Positions 1 through 9,193 of a DNA stretch of 64,000 nucleotides are shown piece after piece; position 1 is the stretch's first letter, and every line of letters begins with the position of its first letter. The DNA comes from Sedimentisphaerales bacterium (GTDB lineage: Bacteria; Planctomycetota; Phycisphaerae; Sedimentisphaerales; SM23-30), in the NCBI GenBank assembly GCA_963663805.2, contig CAXXMR010000012.1:32001-96000 (forward strand), read 5' to 3'. The notes beneath the pieces are model-generated. The model had not been told where the DNA came from. It saw only the letters and a program-made list of their open reading frames with translations, and made no database searches. A program made the position numbers and the translations under genes.

Positions 1-1293
1 GGCAGTCCGGCTGATCCTTCGTGTCCCTCAGGTCAGAAGCCGGTTTTTGTCAAGCCGAACAAAACAGATAAAAAACGCGGCAAAAAGTTTGGCCGTAAAA
101 AAGGGCATCAAGGTACTCGCCGCAATCTGCCGACCCAAATAGACCGTACCGAAGAACATCGCGCTTCATGTTGTCCGGACTGCGGCGGCGAACTGAAAAA
201 ATGTTCCGGCACACGTGAACGAATCATCGAAGACATCCCGGAAGATGTTCGCGTTGAGACGGTAAAGCATGTTATTCATCGCGACTGGTGTCCGAACTGT
301 CGCAAGGCGGTTGAGCCGATCGTAACCGATGCTCTGCCAAAATCATCTATTGGCAATGGTATTGTGGTTTTGTGTGCCTGGCTCCACTTTGCGTTGGGCA
401 ATACGATAGCGCAGATCCTGGAGGTGTTTAATTTTCATCTCCGGTTTAAGATGTCGCCGGGCGGATTAGTCCAGATGTGGCATCGTTTAGCGGATATACT
501 CCTGGCCTGGTACGAAGAAATAATCGAGGACATTCAAAAAGCCGGTGTCCTGCACGGCGATGAGACCGGCTGGCGGGTAAACGGTAAAACGCATTGGTTA
601 TGGTGCTTTACCAGCCATCAAGCCACGATTTTTACGGTCGAGCAGTCGCGGGCCGGGCCGGTGGTTTTGGAATTTATCAAAGAATGTTTCAACGGCGTGT
701 TCGTAAGTGACTTCTGGTATGCTTACAATGTATTGTCATGCGCCAAACAAAAGTGCCTGGTTCACTTACTGCGTGATTTGGAGCGAGTCTGGAAAGCCAA
801 AGACCACAGCGGCGATTGGCCGAGGTTCTCCAAAAAACTCAAACGATTAATTCGCGACGCGATACGCCTGCGTAAACGCATCGATGAACTGGATGCGACG
901 GTTTACCAGCGGCGCTGCCAACGAATCGAAAAAACGCTTGGATCTTATTATCGCGCATGAGTGGTCGAACAAGGAAGCTCAGCGGTTGATTAAGCGTTTG
1001 AAACGCCATCATGATGAGCTGTTCACTTTTCTGAGCAATCGCGAGGTGCCGTTCGATAATAATTTTGGCGAACGCAGCATTCGCGGCGCGGTGATCATGC
1101 GAAAGAACAGCTATAACAACCGCAGCGACCGTGGAGCCCGAACGCAATCGGTGCTGATGAGCGTGTTTTTTACCCTGAAACAACGCGGCCTAAACCCGGT
1201 TGCTACCATCAAAAAAGCCCTGCGAACATACATCAAAACCGGCAAATTGCCAAAACTCGCGGAGTTCTCTGCTTCACTTGGCTAAAGTGTTAC
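1..1293 (+). mobile_element. IS66-family element, right part: TnpC transposase with one frameshift; left end outside the window
   Basis: Frame 1 is open from base 1 with CPDC...CPNC zinc-finger motifs, then GDETGW, WLW, SDFW and KCLVHLLR. It continues in another frame after an A6 run at 929-934 with PFDNNFGERSIR (stop at 1285). Ends in GTGTTAC at 1293, matching the GTAA/TTAC IS66 terminus. Confidence 0.9.
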
Positions 1294-1384
1294 GATTTTT
1301 TACAATTCGCATCTCCGCCTTATCCCTGAAAATAAACCCTCGTTAATCTAAACTTTACCCTCAGCACATTCAACCCAAATCCCT

Positions 1385-1445
1385 AAAAAAACCGAGCTGC
1401 GTAAGCAGCCGGATCAAACACCAAAACCTTTATTTACGTAAAAAC
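1385..1445 (-). repeat. REP-like palindromic repeat (family C), copy 1
   Basis: The reverse complement TCCGGCTGCTTACGCAGCTCGGT resembles TCCGGCCGCTTACGCGGGGCGGT at 8443-8465, and the flanks are similar. Confidence 0.6.
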
Positions 1446-1544
1446 ACCGTACGGCAGCTTCTTACCAGGCAAGGCCCTGGTTTTCGCGGCTGATGACATC
1501 ATCGACTATTTGGGCAACACGCCCGTAAGCCCCCAGTCCAAAGC

Positions 1545-1690
1545 AAAAATAAAACAACCCCTGCCGAAGGCAGGCACCGAGCCGTTCACTCTTGCCTCCT
1601 GCCTGCCGTTAAATAAAAACCCTCGGCCAAAGGCCGAAACCATGCCGTTCACTCCTGCCTCATCCCTCATGCCTCATGCCTTCTTCTACC
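1545..1690 (-). repeat. Heptamer/AACGGC-hairpin repeat module (family A), two units
   Basis: On the minus strand reads (AGGCATG/AGGCAAG)n-AGTGAACGGC-hairpin-GTT(G)TTTTATTT, as at 45435, 46562 and 47994. Confidence 0.75.
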
Positions 1691-1743
1691 TTCCTAAAAA
1701 TCTAAAAAACGCCCAAAAAATCAAAAAAAACGCTCGAAAAAAA

Positions 1744-3192
1744 CAATCCTGTTCGGCACATTTATTGCTCAAATACAGTTTTTCTGTGGTCTTTGCAGTT
1801 CATATGATTTAGCGGGGATTACCCCTCAGTGGGACTGTCGGCACTGGTTATTTTGGCGCAGCATCAGCGGCAGCGGCGATTTTTTTGAGGATCGGCCTTA
1901 GTTTTGGCTTTGGAGTTTATTGATATGGTTCTGCATTTCTTGCTCGTCGGCCATGCCGCAGAGGTGCCAGCAGAGCATTTCGTAGGTTCTTAAAGTTGGT
2001 TTTTTGCCCGTCCACAGGCTGATCAGCATACAGGCGATAATCGCGGCGTACATCTGTAGTTCGATACCGTTTTCGCAGAGGCTTAGCAGATGTCGGCAGC
2101 CCAGCACATGCTTAAAAAAGCGGAAAAATATTTCGATGGCCCAGCGTTTCTGATAGAGCAGGGCAATGACTTCGGCGTCCAGGTCCAGCCGGTCGGTGGC
2201 AATCAAAATCATCTCACTCTGACGTGGTCCCTGGCCCCGTTTCAAATGCGGTTGACATTCAACCGCTATCAGGCGTAACGGTTGTTTGAAATCTTCCCGC
2301 AGTTTTTCACTGCTGCCGGCGATTACCGTACGATCAAAAATTATCCCCGCTTTTCGAGCATCTTCAGTTAAAGGTTTTTCCTGAATAGTTTCGTAAACCG
2401 TATCCTCACGCAGCCGACAGACAAAAGAGCTTTTACTATCCACAATGGCCTGAAACAGCTTAAAACAGGCATATCCGCGATCATTGACATAAATCCGGCC
2501 GGGCTGAAGATTCTCTAAAAAAACCTTTCGCTCATCAGACTTGTCTTCACTGATATTTATTTTCAGAGGCACATATTTTTCCAGATCAAACTGAGTGTGT
2601 GCTTTAATTCCGGGTTTGTCGGTGTCCCAGGCAGCCTGAGTGAGTTTTTGCAAAGCCTGAATACTGCTGCCGTCCACCAGGGTAATGACCTGACCGACTT
2701 CCAGTTTTTTGTCCTGAGATATCGGCCCTAACTGCTCAGTGAGTTGAGCGATTATCGGCTCTAACAAAGAACTCTCAAAAACCCGGGATGCTTCCGAAAG
2801 CGAACCCAGCGAAGCACGCGAACAACCCAACAGCCGCTGTACCTTTTTGAGCTCGCCGGCCTGCTGCAAAGACCGGATGGAACTGCAGATCGGATTGAAC
2901 ATGTATAACAGCAGCAGACTGACATACTGGTCCATGAATAATGTGCGATTGCCGGCCCGGTCCCGCTCACATCCCGCCGAGTGAAGACCTTTCAGCAGAG
3001 CCGAGAGGGACTTGAAATACTTGAACCCACGCAGGTCCCGCTCCTTGATTTTTTTACGCTTAGCACTCATGCCTCCTATTAGAGCATAAATATCCCTCGA
3101 GCGCAAATTACCTATCTTAACATTTCGGGTTTTTTTTTAAAAAAATACAGGAGGCCAAAAGCCTAAAGCAATAAATGTGCCGAACAGGATTG
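1744..3192 (-). mobile_element. IS4-family insertion sequence, apparently complete
   Basis: Perfect 26-bp terminal inverted repeats (CAATCCTGTTCGGCACATTTATTGCT at 1744-1769, reverse complement at 3167-3192) enclose one transposase. The flanks share TCGAAAA (imperfect target duplication). Confidence 0.95.
1898..3070 (-). CDS. IS4-family DDE transposase
   Basis: Motifs VDGS, DRGY and YQKRWAIEIFFRFFK (YREK signature). Start uncertain (ATG 3070 or TTG 3106). Confidence 0.92.
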   Translation of the reverse strand: MSAKRKKIKERDLRGFKYFKSLSALLKGLHSAGCERDRAGNRTLFMDQYVSLLLLYMFNPICSSIRSLQQAGELKKVQRLLGCSRASLGSLSEASRVFESSLLEPIIAQLTEQLGPISQDKKLEVGQVITLVDGSSIQALQKLTQAAWDTDKPGIKAHTQFDLEKYVPLKINISEDKSDERKVFLENLQPGRIYVNDRGYACFKLFQAIVDSKSSFVCRLREDTVYETIQEKPLTEDARKAGIIFDRTVIAGSSEKLREDFKQPLRLIAVECQPHLKRGQGPRQSEMILIATDRLDLDAEVIALLYQKRWAIEIFFRFFKHVLGCRHLLSLCENGIELQMYAAIIACMLISLWTGKKPTLRTYEMLCWHLCGMADEQEMQNHINKLQSQN

Positions 3193-3330
3193 TCGAAAAC
3201 ATTAAAAAAACGTCAAAAACCGGTCACTCCAGCCCCATTCGCGCTGGCTTTTGGCGCGATTTAGCACTGCCTGCTCACCGCGTTCCCGCCTCATAAAATA
3301 AGCACTTACACTTCGTCATTTGGTATTGGC

Positions 3331-3359
3331 TTGACAAAACGAGCCGGTTTACCTATAAA
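3331..3359 (+). promoter_or_regulatory. sigma70-type promoter of the cimA leader
   Basis: TTGACA-N17-TATAAA directly upstream of the leader peptide. Confidence 0.8.
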
Positions 3360-3381
3360 CCCCTGAAGGAAAAGAAAAAAC

Positions 3382-3432
3382 ATGCTCAGAAGCATTAACA
3401 TCGCTATTATTATCGCTATAGCAACCGGCTAA
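3382..3432 (+). CDS. Ile-rich attenuator leader peptide MLRSINIAIIIAIATG
   Basis: 16 codons, 6 of them Ile, with purine-rich GAAGGA upstream. Lies between the promoter and the terminator ahead of an Ile-biosynthesis gene. Confidence 0.88.
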   Translation: MLRSINIAIIIAIATG

Positions 3433-3460
3433 TCCCGGCTGGCGATTGATGTGCGTCAAT

Positions 3461-3492
3461 AAGCCTCGGGGTTAGACTCCGGGGCTTTTTTT
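3461..3492 (+). terminator. Attenuator terminator of the cimA leader
   Basis: AAGCCTCGGGGT-TAG-ACTCCGGGGCTT stem followed by a T run. The 5' arm can alternatively pair with CTAATCCCGGCT (3429-3440). Confidence 0.88.
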
Positions 3493-3532
3493 ATGGCTTG
3501 ACGGCCGCTAACTTTTTTGGGAAACGATAGTT

Positions 3533-5146
3533 ATGAATGCAAAAGCAAACACCTCCCCTTTGGCAGAGAACCGGGTTGAGATATACGATACTACTTTGCG
3601 GGACGGCACTCAGGCTGAGGGTGTGGCGTTCTCTCTGGAAGACAAACTACAAATTACTAGCAAGTTGGACGAGCTGGGAATTGACTATGTCGAGGGCGGA
3701 TATCCGCTGAGCAATGCCAAGGATGAAGCCTTCTTCAAGGAAGTTCGCAAGCTCAAACTTTCGCACGCCCAGATCGCTGCCTTCGGAATGACTCGTAAAA
3801 AGGGTGTTGCCCCTGAGGATGACACGTGTTTGCAGGCTTTGGCGGCTTCGCAGGCACCGGTAATTACCTTGGTGGCAAAGGGTTGGGACAAACAGGTCAA
3901 GAATGTGCTGCACGCTTCGCTGGAAGAGAATCTGCGTATGGTGGCCGATTCGGTGAAGTATTTGAAGCGGAAACGGCGGGAAGTCTTTCTGGACGCGGAG
4001 CATTTCTTTGACGGTTATTTGGCCAACTCTGAATATTCCATGAAGGTTCTCTCTGCCGCCGCCGAGGCCGGAGCGACCCGGCTGATTCTTTGCGATACCA
4101 ACGGCGGCTGCATGGTGCCGCAGGTCGAGTCGATCGTCCAGGAGGTCTGCCAGGCGTTCCCAGGGCTGATAGTGGGCATTCACACCCATAATGACACCGG
4201 CCTGGCGGTAGCCAACAGTCTGGCGGCGGTATGGGCCGGAGGGCGGCATGTGCAGGGCACCATGAACGGTATCGGGGAACGCTGCGGTAATGCCGATTTG
4301 TGTGCGATAGTGCCAAATCTAGCTCTGAAAATAGGTTACGATTGCCTGCAAAGCGATAGCCTCAAGAAAATGACCGAGGTTTCGCGGTATGTATATGAGT
4401 TGGCGAACCTGAATCTGCCGCTGAATCAGCCATATGTCGGGCAGTCCAGCTTTGCCCATAAAGGCGGGATGCACGTTCATGCGGTCAGCAAGGACAGCAG
4501 CAGTTATGAGCATATCAATCCTGAGCTGGTCGGCAACAGCCGGCGGGTGATTATCAGTGAGCTTTCGGGGGCATCGAACCTTCTGGCCAAGAGCGAAAAA
4601 CTGGCCATGAACCAGGATAAAGCCCTGGTGCGTAAGGTATTAAATGAGGTTCAGGATTTGGAGAACCAGGGCTATCAGTTTGAGACTGCCGAGGGGAGTT
4701 TCGATTTGATAGTTCGTCGCTTTATGGGTCATTATCATAAGTTCTTTGATTTAGACTATTACCGGGTGGTGATTTTCAAAACCTTGAACGGTCGGCCTAT
4801 TAGTGAGGCGATTGTTAAGCTCAAGGTGAATGGCCAACCTGAGCATCATGTGGCCGAGGGCGATGGTCCTGTCAATGCTCTGGATACAGCCTTGCGCAAG
4901 GCTTTACAGCACCATTATCCCGCTATCAACAACATGGCATTGGTTGATTACCGGGTGAGGGTGGTCAATTCCAAGGCCCATACCGCCGCGAAAGTACGCG
5001 TAGTAATAGAATCAAACGACCAGCGGCACCATTGGGGCACAATCGGCGTTTCGGACAACATTATCGACGCATCCTGGCTGGCGCTGGTTGACAGTATCGA
5101 ATACAAACTGTTAGCCGAGGAAGAAGCCAGCGACAAGAAAAAGTAA
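3533..5146 (+). CDS. cimA: Citramalate synthase (DRE-TIM, LeuA-like regulatory domain)
   Basis: DTTLRDGTQ, DAEHFFDG, HTHND, AHKGGMH and GDGPVNALD motifs typical of the bacterial CimA subfamily. Confidence 0.92.
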   Translation: MNAKANTSPLAENRVEIYDTTLRDGTQAEGVAFSLEDKLQITSKLDELGIDYVEGGYPLSNAKDEAFFKEVRKLKLSHAQIAAFGMTRKKGVAPEDDTCLQALAASQAPVITLVAKGWDKQVKNVLHASLEENLRMVADSVKYLKRKRREVFLDAEHFFDGYLANSEYSMKVLSAAAEAGATRLILCDTNGGCMVPQVESIVQEVCQAFPGLIVGIHTHNDTGLAVANSLAAVWAGGRHVQGTMNGIGERCGNADLCAIVPNLALKIGYDCLQSDSLKKMTEVSRYVYELANLNLPLNQPYVGQSSFAHKGGMHVHAVSKDSSSYEHINPELVGNSRRVIISELSGASNLLAKSEKLAMNQDKALVRKVLNEVQDLENQGYQFETAEGSFDLIVRRFMGHYHKFFDLDYYRVVIFKTLNGRPISEAIVKLKVNGQPEHHVAEGDGPVNALDTALRKALQHHYPAINNMALVDYRVRVVNSKAHTAAKVRVVIESNDQRHHWGTIGVSDNIIDASWLALVDSIEYKLLAEEEASDKKK

Positions 5147-5537
5147 TGTCAGTTTGCCGGGCGGGGGTAATGGTCCTATAATTAAGCTACAAGTTTGATA
5201 AAACGGACTTTTCGGAGAAAAAACGCATGCTTTTCTGGCTCGCGAAATTACCTTTTGGGACAGTTTTGTGAGCAGGCATAATAAGTCTTTTTCAGCTCAG
5301 GATAAGGTTTTTCTGGGTTTTCAGGCCTTTTCGGGCTGTTTTGATATTGATAATAATACCGATAACTCCATTTATGCGGGTTGGTGCGTCTATGTCCGGC
5401 AAAACTGGTTTGCCGGACAGGTTAAGACGGGCGGGCCTGGAGCCGAAGAGAGTATCGGTTGTATATGTAGAGATGAAAATTACCGGCCGTATCTGAGTTT
5501 GTCAGAATCAGCGGCCCCAGAGGAAAGGCAGGGTCTT

Positions 5538-8147
5538 ATGAAGACCATCCGAACTTTTGTGGTAGAACCATCGCTTCCTGAGAAGCTCAAACCCTTGAAG
5601 CGAATCGCTTATAACGTGTGGTGGAGCTGGGATCATGATGCCACGGAACTTTTCCGGCGGCTGGACCGGGATTTGTGGGAAGAAACCGGTCATAATCCGG
5701 TAAAAATGCTCGGTAAAATATCGCAGGAACGCCTGAACACCACAGCCCTGGACGACGCATATCTAGCGCACCTGGACCGCATCTGCCGCCGTATGGACGC
5801 TTATATTGAAGGCAGCCGGTGGTTTGACAAGGTTGAAGACCCCAATGGTCGAGGCAGGGTGGCTTATTTCAGTCTGGAATTTGGTTTGCATGAGTGTCTG
5901 CCGATTTATTCGGGCGGTCTGGGCATCCTGGCTGGCGACCATCTGAAGAGCGCGAGTGATTTGGGCATACCTTTGGTTGCTGTGGGTCTGCTGTACCGTC
6001 AGGGTTATTTCCAACAGTATCTGAACGCCGACGGCTGGCAGCAGGAGCAGTATCCTGATAATGATTTTTACAATATGCCGGTCACGCTGATGCTGCGCGA
6101 TGATGGTCGGCCAATTCGGTTCCATATTGATTTGGCTGGCCAGGAAGTTGTGGTTCAGATATGGCAGGTTAATGTTGGTCGTATTACTTTGTATCTTCTG
6201 GACACGAATCTTCGTTGCAACCGTATTGAGGACCGTCAGGTTACCGCTCAGCTTTATGGCGGCGATAACGAAATGCGTATTCGTCAGGAGATTATTCTGG
6301 GCATCGGCGGCCTGCGGGCTTTGGAAGCTCTGGATATTAAACCAACGGTATGCCACATGAACGAAGGTCACGCGGCGTTTCTGTCTCTGGAACGTATCCG
6401 CAAGGTTATGGAAGAGAAACAGGTTTCGCTGCCGGAAGCTCGTGAAGCTACGGTTTGCGGCAATGTTTTTACGACTCATACTCCGGTTCCGGCAGGCCAT
6501 GATGTATTCCCGCCGACGATGATGGAGAAATATTTTGGTCATTATTACAAGTCTTTGGGTCTTTCGTGGCAGGATTTCCTGGCGTTTGGTCGCAATGACG
6601 CTTCGGATATGCAGGAATCGTTCAGTATGACGAATCTGGCCTTGCGGCTTTCGACGCATCGTAATGGTGTAAGTCAGTTGCATGGTGAGGTTTCTCGTCA
6701 TCTGTGTTCGACGGTATGGCGTGATGTGCCGGTAGACGAAGTACCGATTACTTCGATTACCAACGGCGTGCATGTAATGAGCTGGATATCGAATGAGATG
6801 TGCGAGCTGTTCGACCGTTATCTGGGTCCGCAGTGGCGTACTCATCCGACAACTCCTGACTTGTTCAATCGGGTTGATAATATTCCTGATGAGGAATTAT
6901 GGCGTACGCATGAGCGTCGTCGGGAAAGACTGGTTTCTTATTCGCGGAAACGTTTGCGTTGGCAGTTGGAACGTCGAGGCGCTAGTCCGGCTGATATTAA
7001 GATGTCCGAGGAAGTGCTCGACCCTGAAGTTTTGACGATAGGTTTTGCGCGTCGGTTCGCGACTTATAAACGCGGTGCTTTGATGTTCCGTGATATAGAA
7101 CGGTTCGCCAGGATAATCGCTGATGAGGACAGGCCGGTACAGGTGATATTCGCTGGTAAGGCCCATCCGCATGATACAGGCGGTAAAGAGCTGATTCGCA
7201 AGATTGTGCATTTTGTGCGTGAAGATGTTTTCCGGAGGAGAGTAGTATTTCTGGAAAATTACGATATTGATGTCGCACGTAATCTGGTACAGGGCGTGGA
7301 TGTATGGCTTAATACGCCGCGTCGCGGTATGGAAGCATCGGGCACCAGCGGTATGAAGGTTCTGGGCAACGGTGGTCTGAATTGCAGTATTCTGGACGGT
7401 TGGTGGTGCGAAGGTTTCGCTCCGGATACCGGCTGGGCGATTGGTCACGGCGAAAGCTATGACGACGGCAATTACGCGGACGAAGTTGAATCAAACGCGA
7501 TTTATGATTTGCTGGAAAAAGATGTAGTTCCGCTGTTCTATGACAGAGGCTATGACCGTCTGCCGCGTTCGTGGATTCGGATGATGAAGAGCTCGATCAA
7601 AAAACTTACGCCGCGGTTTTCGACCAGTCGGATGGTGGCTGAATATGGCCAGGGTTTCTATGTGACCAGCGATAAGCGTCATCAGTTGTTCAATCGCGAC
7701 GAGATGAGCCGTGCCAAAGGTTTGGCGGGCTGGAAAGAAAGCATTCGCGACCGTTGGGGCGAGGTTTCGGTCGGTAAGGTTGATATAGTCAATCCGAGTG
7801 AATTACTTGTCGGTGGCAAATTGCAGGTTCGCTGCCGGGTAGCGCTGGGCAGTATCGACCCGGCTGACGTGGCGGTAGAGCTTTATCATGGTCCTTTGGG
7901 ATCGGACGGCCAGATCGAAATGGGTGAAGCGGTGATGATGGACTGGGTAGGTTCTGCCAAGGACGAAGCCCACGTTTTCTCCGGTTTCATACCTTGCCGC
8001 TATAGCGGTCAGTGCGGTTTTGCCGTGCGGGTCGTGCCTTCTCATCCTGATTTGGTTGACAAGCATGATACCAGTTTGATTCGCTGGGATGAAGAGACCG
8101 CCCAGGTGATGGCGGCTGTTAAAGAAAGTGATGATTTGATTCTTTAA
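5538..8147 (+). CDS. glgP: Alpha-glucan (glycogen/maltodextrin) phosphorylase
   Basis: YSGGLGILAGD, HMNEGH, ARRFATYKR and EASGTSGMK (PLP lysine). Start placed at ATG 5538. Confidence 0.95.
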   Translation: MKTIRTFVVEPSLPEKLKPLKRIAYNVWWSWDHDATELFRRLDRDLWEETGHNPVKMLGKISQERLNTTALDDAYLAHLDRICRRMDAYIEGSRWFDKVEDPNGRGRVAYFSLEFGLHECLPIYSGGLGILAGDHLKSASDLGIPLVAVGLLYRQGYFQQYLNADGWQQEQYPDNDFYNMPVTLMLRDDGRPIRFHIDLAGQEVVVQIWQVNVGRITLYLLDTNLRCNRIEDRQVTAQLYGGDNEMRIRQEIILGIGGLRALEALDIKPTVCHMNEGHAAFLSLERIRKVMEEKQVSLPEAREATVCGNVFTTHTPVPAGHDVFPPTMMEKYFGHYYKSLGLSWQDFLAFGRNDASDMQESFSMTNLALRLSTHRNGVSQLHGEVSRHLCSTVWRDVPVDEVPITSITNGVHVMSWISNEMCELFDRYLGPQWRTHPTTPDLFNRVDNIPDEELWRTHERRRERLVSYSRKRLRWQLERRGASPADIKMSEEVLDPEVLTIGFARRFATYKRGALMFRDIERFARIIADEDRPVQVIFAGKAHPHDTGGKELIRKIVHFVREDVFRRRVVFLENYDIDVARNLVQGVDVWLNTPRRGMEASGTSGMKVLGNGGLNCSILDGWWCEGFAPDTGWAIGHGESYDDGNYADEVESNAIYDLLEKDVVPLFYDRGYDRLPRSWIRMMKSSIKKLTPRFSTSRMVAEYGQGFYVTSDKRHQLFNRDEMSRAKGLAGWKESIRDRWGEVSVGKVDIVNPSELLVGGKLQVRCRVALGSIDPADVAVELYHGPLGSDGQIEMGEAVMMDWVGSAKDEAHVFSGFIPCRYSGQCGFAVRVVPSHPDLVDKHDTSLIRWDEETAQVMAAVKESDDLIL

Positions 8148-8171
8148 TACAAAGTGAGAGAATTGAGATAG

Positions 8172-8208
8172 AATCCCGGAGCCAGGGGGTGGTTCCGGGA
8201 TTTTTTTT
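8172..8208 (+). terminator. Intrinsic terminator after glgP
   Basis: AATCCCGGAGCCA/TGGTTCCGGGATT stem followed by a T run. Confidence 0.85.
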
Positions 8209-8226
8209 GGTCAACGGCTCACGGCA

Positions 8227-8349
8227 AACGGAAATTTTAGCCGCAGATTACACGAATTACGCGGATTTTTAACGGCAACGACACCTCTTACTTTCGTATG
8301 CGACTCTAATAAATTGTTACCATTTTGCGCAAGATTTCATTTGTAAAAG
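8227..8349 (+). repeat. Dispersed ~120-bp repeat (family B), uninterrupted copy
   Basis: Shares CCATTTTGCGCAAGATTTCATTTGTAA and CGCGGATTTT(T)AACGGC with the reverse complement of 41471-41566. Partial match at 57782-57845. Confidence 0.8.
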
Positions 8350-8399
8350 ACTAAAACAACGAGTTTTTGGTGGTCTTATCCCGGCGCTGGCGCTTCGGG

Positions 8400-8470
8400 C
8401 TTTTGTTGGGGGTTTGGTTAAATATGGTTGGTGGTGTTCTTATCCGGCCGCTTACGCGGGGCGGTTTCTG
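8400..8470 (+). repeat. REP-like palindromic repeat (family C), copy 2
   Basis: TCCGGCCGCTTACGCGGGGCGGTTT; compare 1385-1445. Confidence 0.6.
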
Positions 8471-8551
8471 TTTGGGAGTGGATAAATGGGGCTTTACTTT
8501 GGGGGATGGCTGGGGTAGAAGTGGGGTTTGGTTTTTGGCAGAAAGGTTGAA

Positions 8552-9193
8552 ATGTTTACGGGACTGGTAGAAAGCATTGGTAAGGTTCAGGCGGCGGCGA
8601 ATACGCCGGTCGGGAAACGTCTGAAGATTCCGCTGGGCCAGCTGATTGAGGATGCCCGGCTGGGTGACAGTATATGCGTGAATGGGGTGTGTTTGACCAT
8701 TGCTGAGCTGGCGGGCGATTGCGGGGTTTTCGATGTGATGGCTGAGACGGTGCGGGTTAGTACGCTGCAAGATTTGCGAGCGGGTGACAAAGTGAATCTG
8801 GAGCGGGCATTGAAGGCGGGTGACCGGTTGGGCGGGCATATTGTTCAGGGGCATGTTGACGGGGTGGGCGTGGTGAGCAAGGTTGAGAAGATGCCGGATA
8901 AATATGTTTTGTGGATTAGCGCGGGGGCAGAACTTATGAAGCTGATGATAAGCAAAGGTTCTGTGGCGATAAACGGGGTAAGCCTGACGCTGGTGGAAGT
9001 TCGGGCGGACAGGTTTAATGTTTGGCTGATACCGACGACACTGGGTGATACGAATCTTTCAGAACTGCGGGTGGGCGATAAGGTGAATCTGGAAGCGGAT
9101 TTGATGGGCAAATGGATAAACAAGCGACTGGACGCGGTTCTGGAAGCGCGAGGCGGGCTGAATATTGAAAAACTTCGGCAGAATGGATTCTGA
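8552..9193 (+). CDS. ribE: Riboflavin synthase (alpha chain)
   Basis: MFTGLV start, GDSICVNGVCLT, VNLERAL and GGHIVQGHVDG. Confidence 0.96.
   Translation: MFTGLVESIGKVQAAANTPVGKRLKIPLGQLIEDARLGDSICVNGVCLTIAELAGDCGVFDVMAETVRVSTLQDLRAGDKVNLERALKAGDRLGGHIVQGHVDGVGVVSKVEKMPDKYVLWISAGAELMKLMISKGSVAINGVSLTLVEVRADRFNVWLIPTTLGDTNLSELRVGDKVNLEADLMGKWINKRLDAVLEARGGLNIEKLRQNGF

Noticed and set aside
921..940. Programmed frameshift in IS66 tnpC
   Set aside because: It is a +1 disruption in the middle of the catalytic region with no stimulatory structure seen; an indel is the simpler explanation.
1510..1812. 100-aa ORF
   Set aside because: Reads through repeat modules, A tracts and the IS4 end; not protein-like.
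5268..5537. 90-aa N-terminal extension of GlgP in the ORF track
   Set aside because: Not phosphorylase-like. ATG 5538 has a purine-rich upstream region and gives a normal N-terminus.
5763..6845. Long antisense ORFs (here and at 13307, 24801, 40305, 44676, 55973)
   Set aside because: Shadow frames opposite well-supported genes, with no recognisable motifs.
8350..8551. FMN riboswitch upstream of ribE
   Set aside because: No RFN consensus segments; the region is occupied by REP-like repeats.
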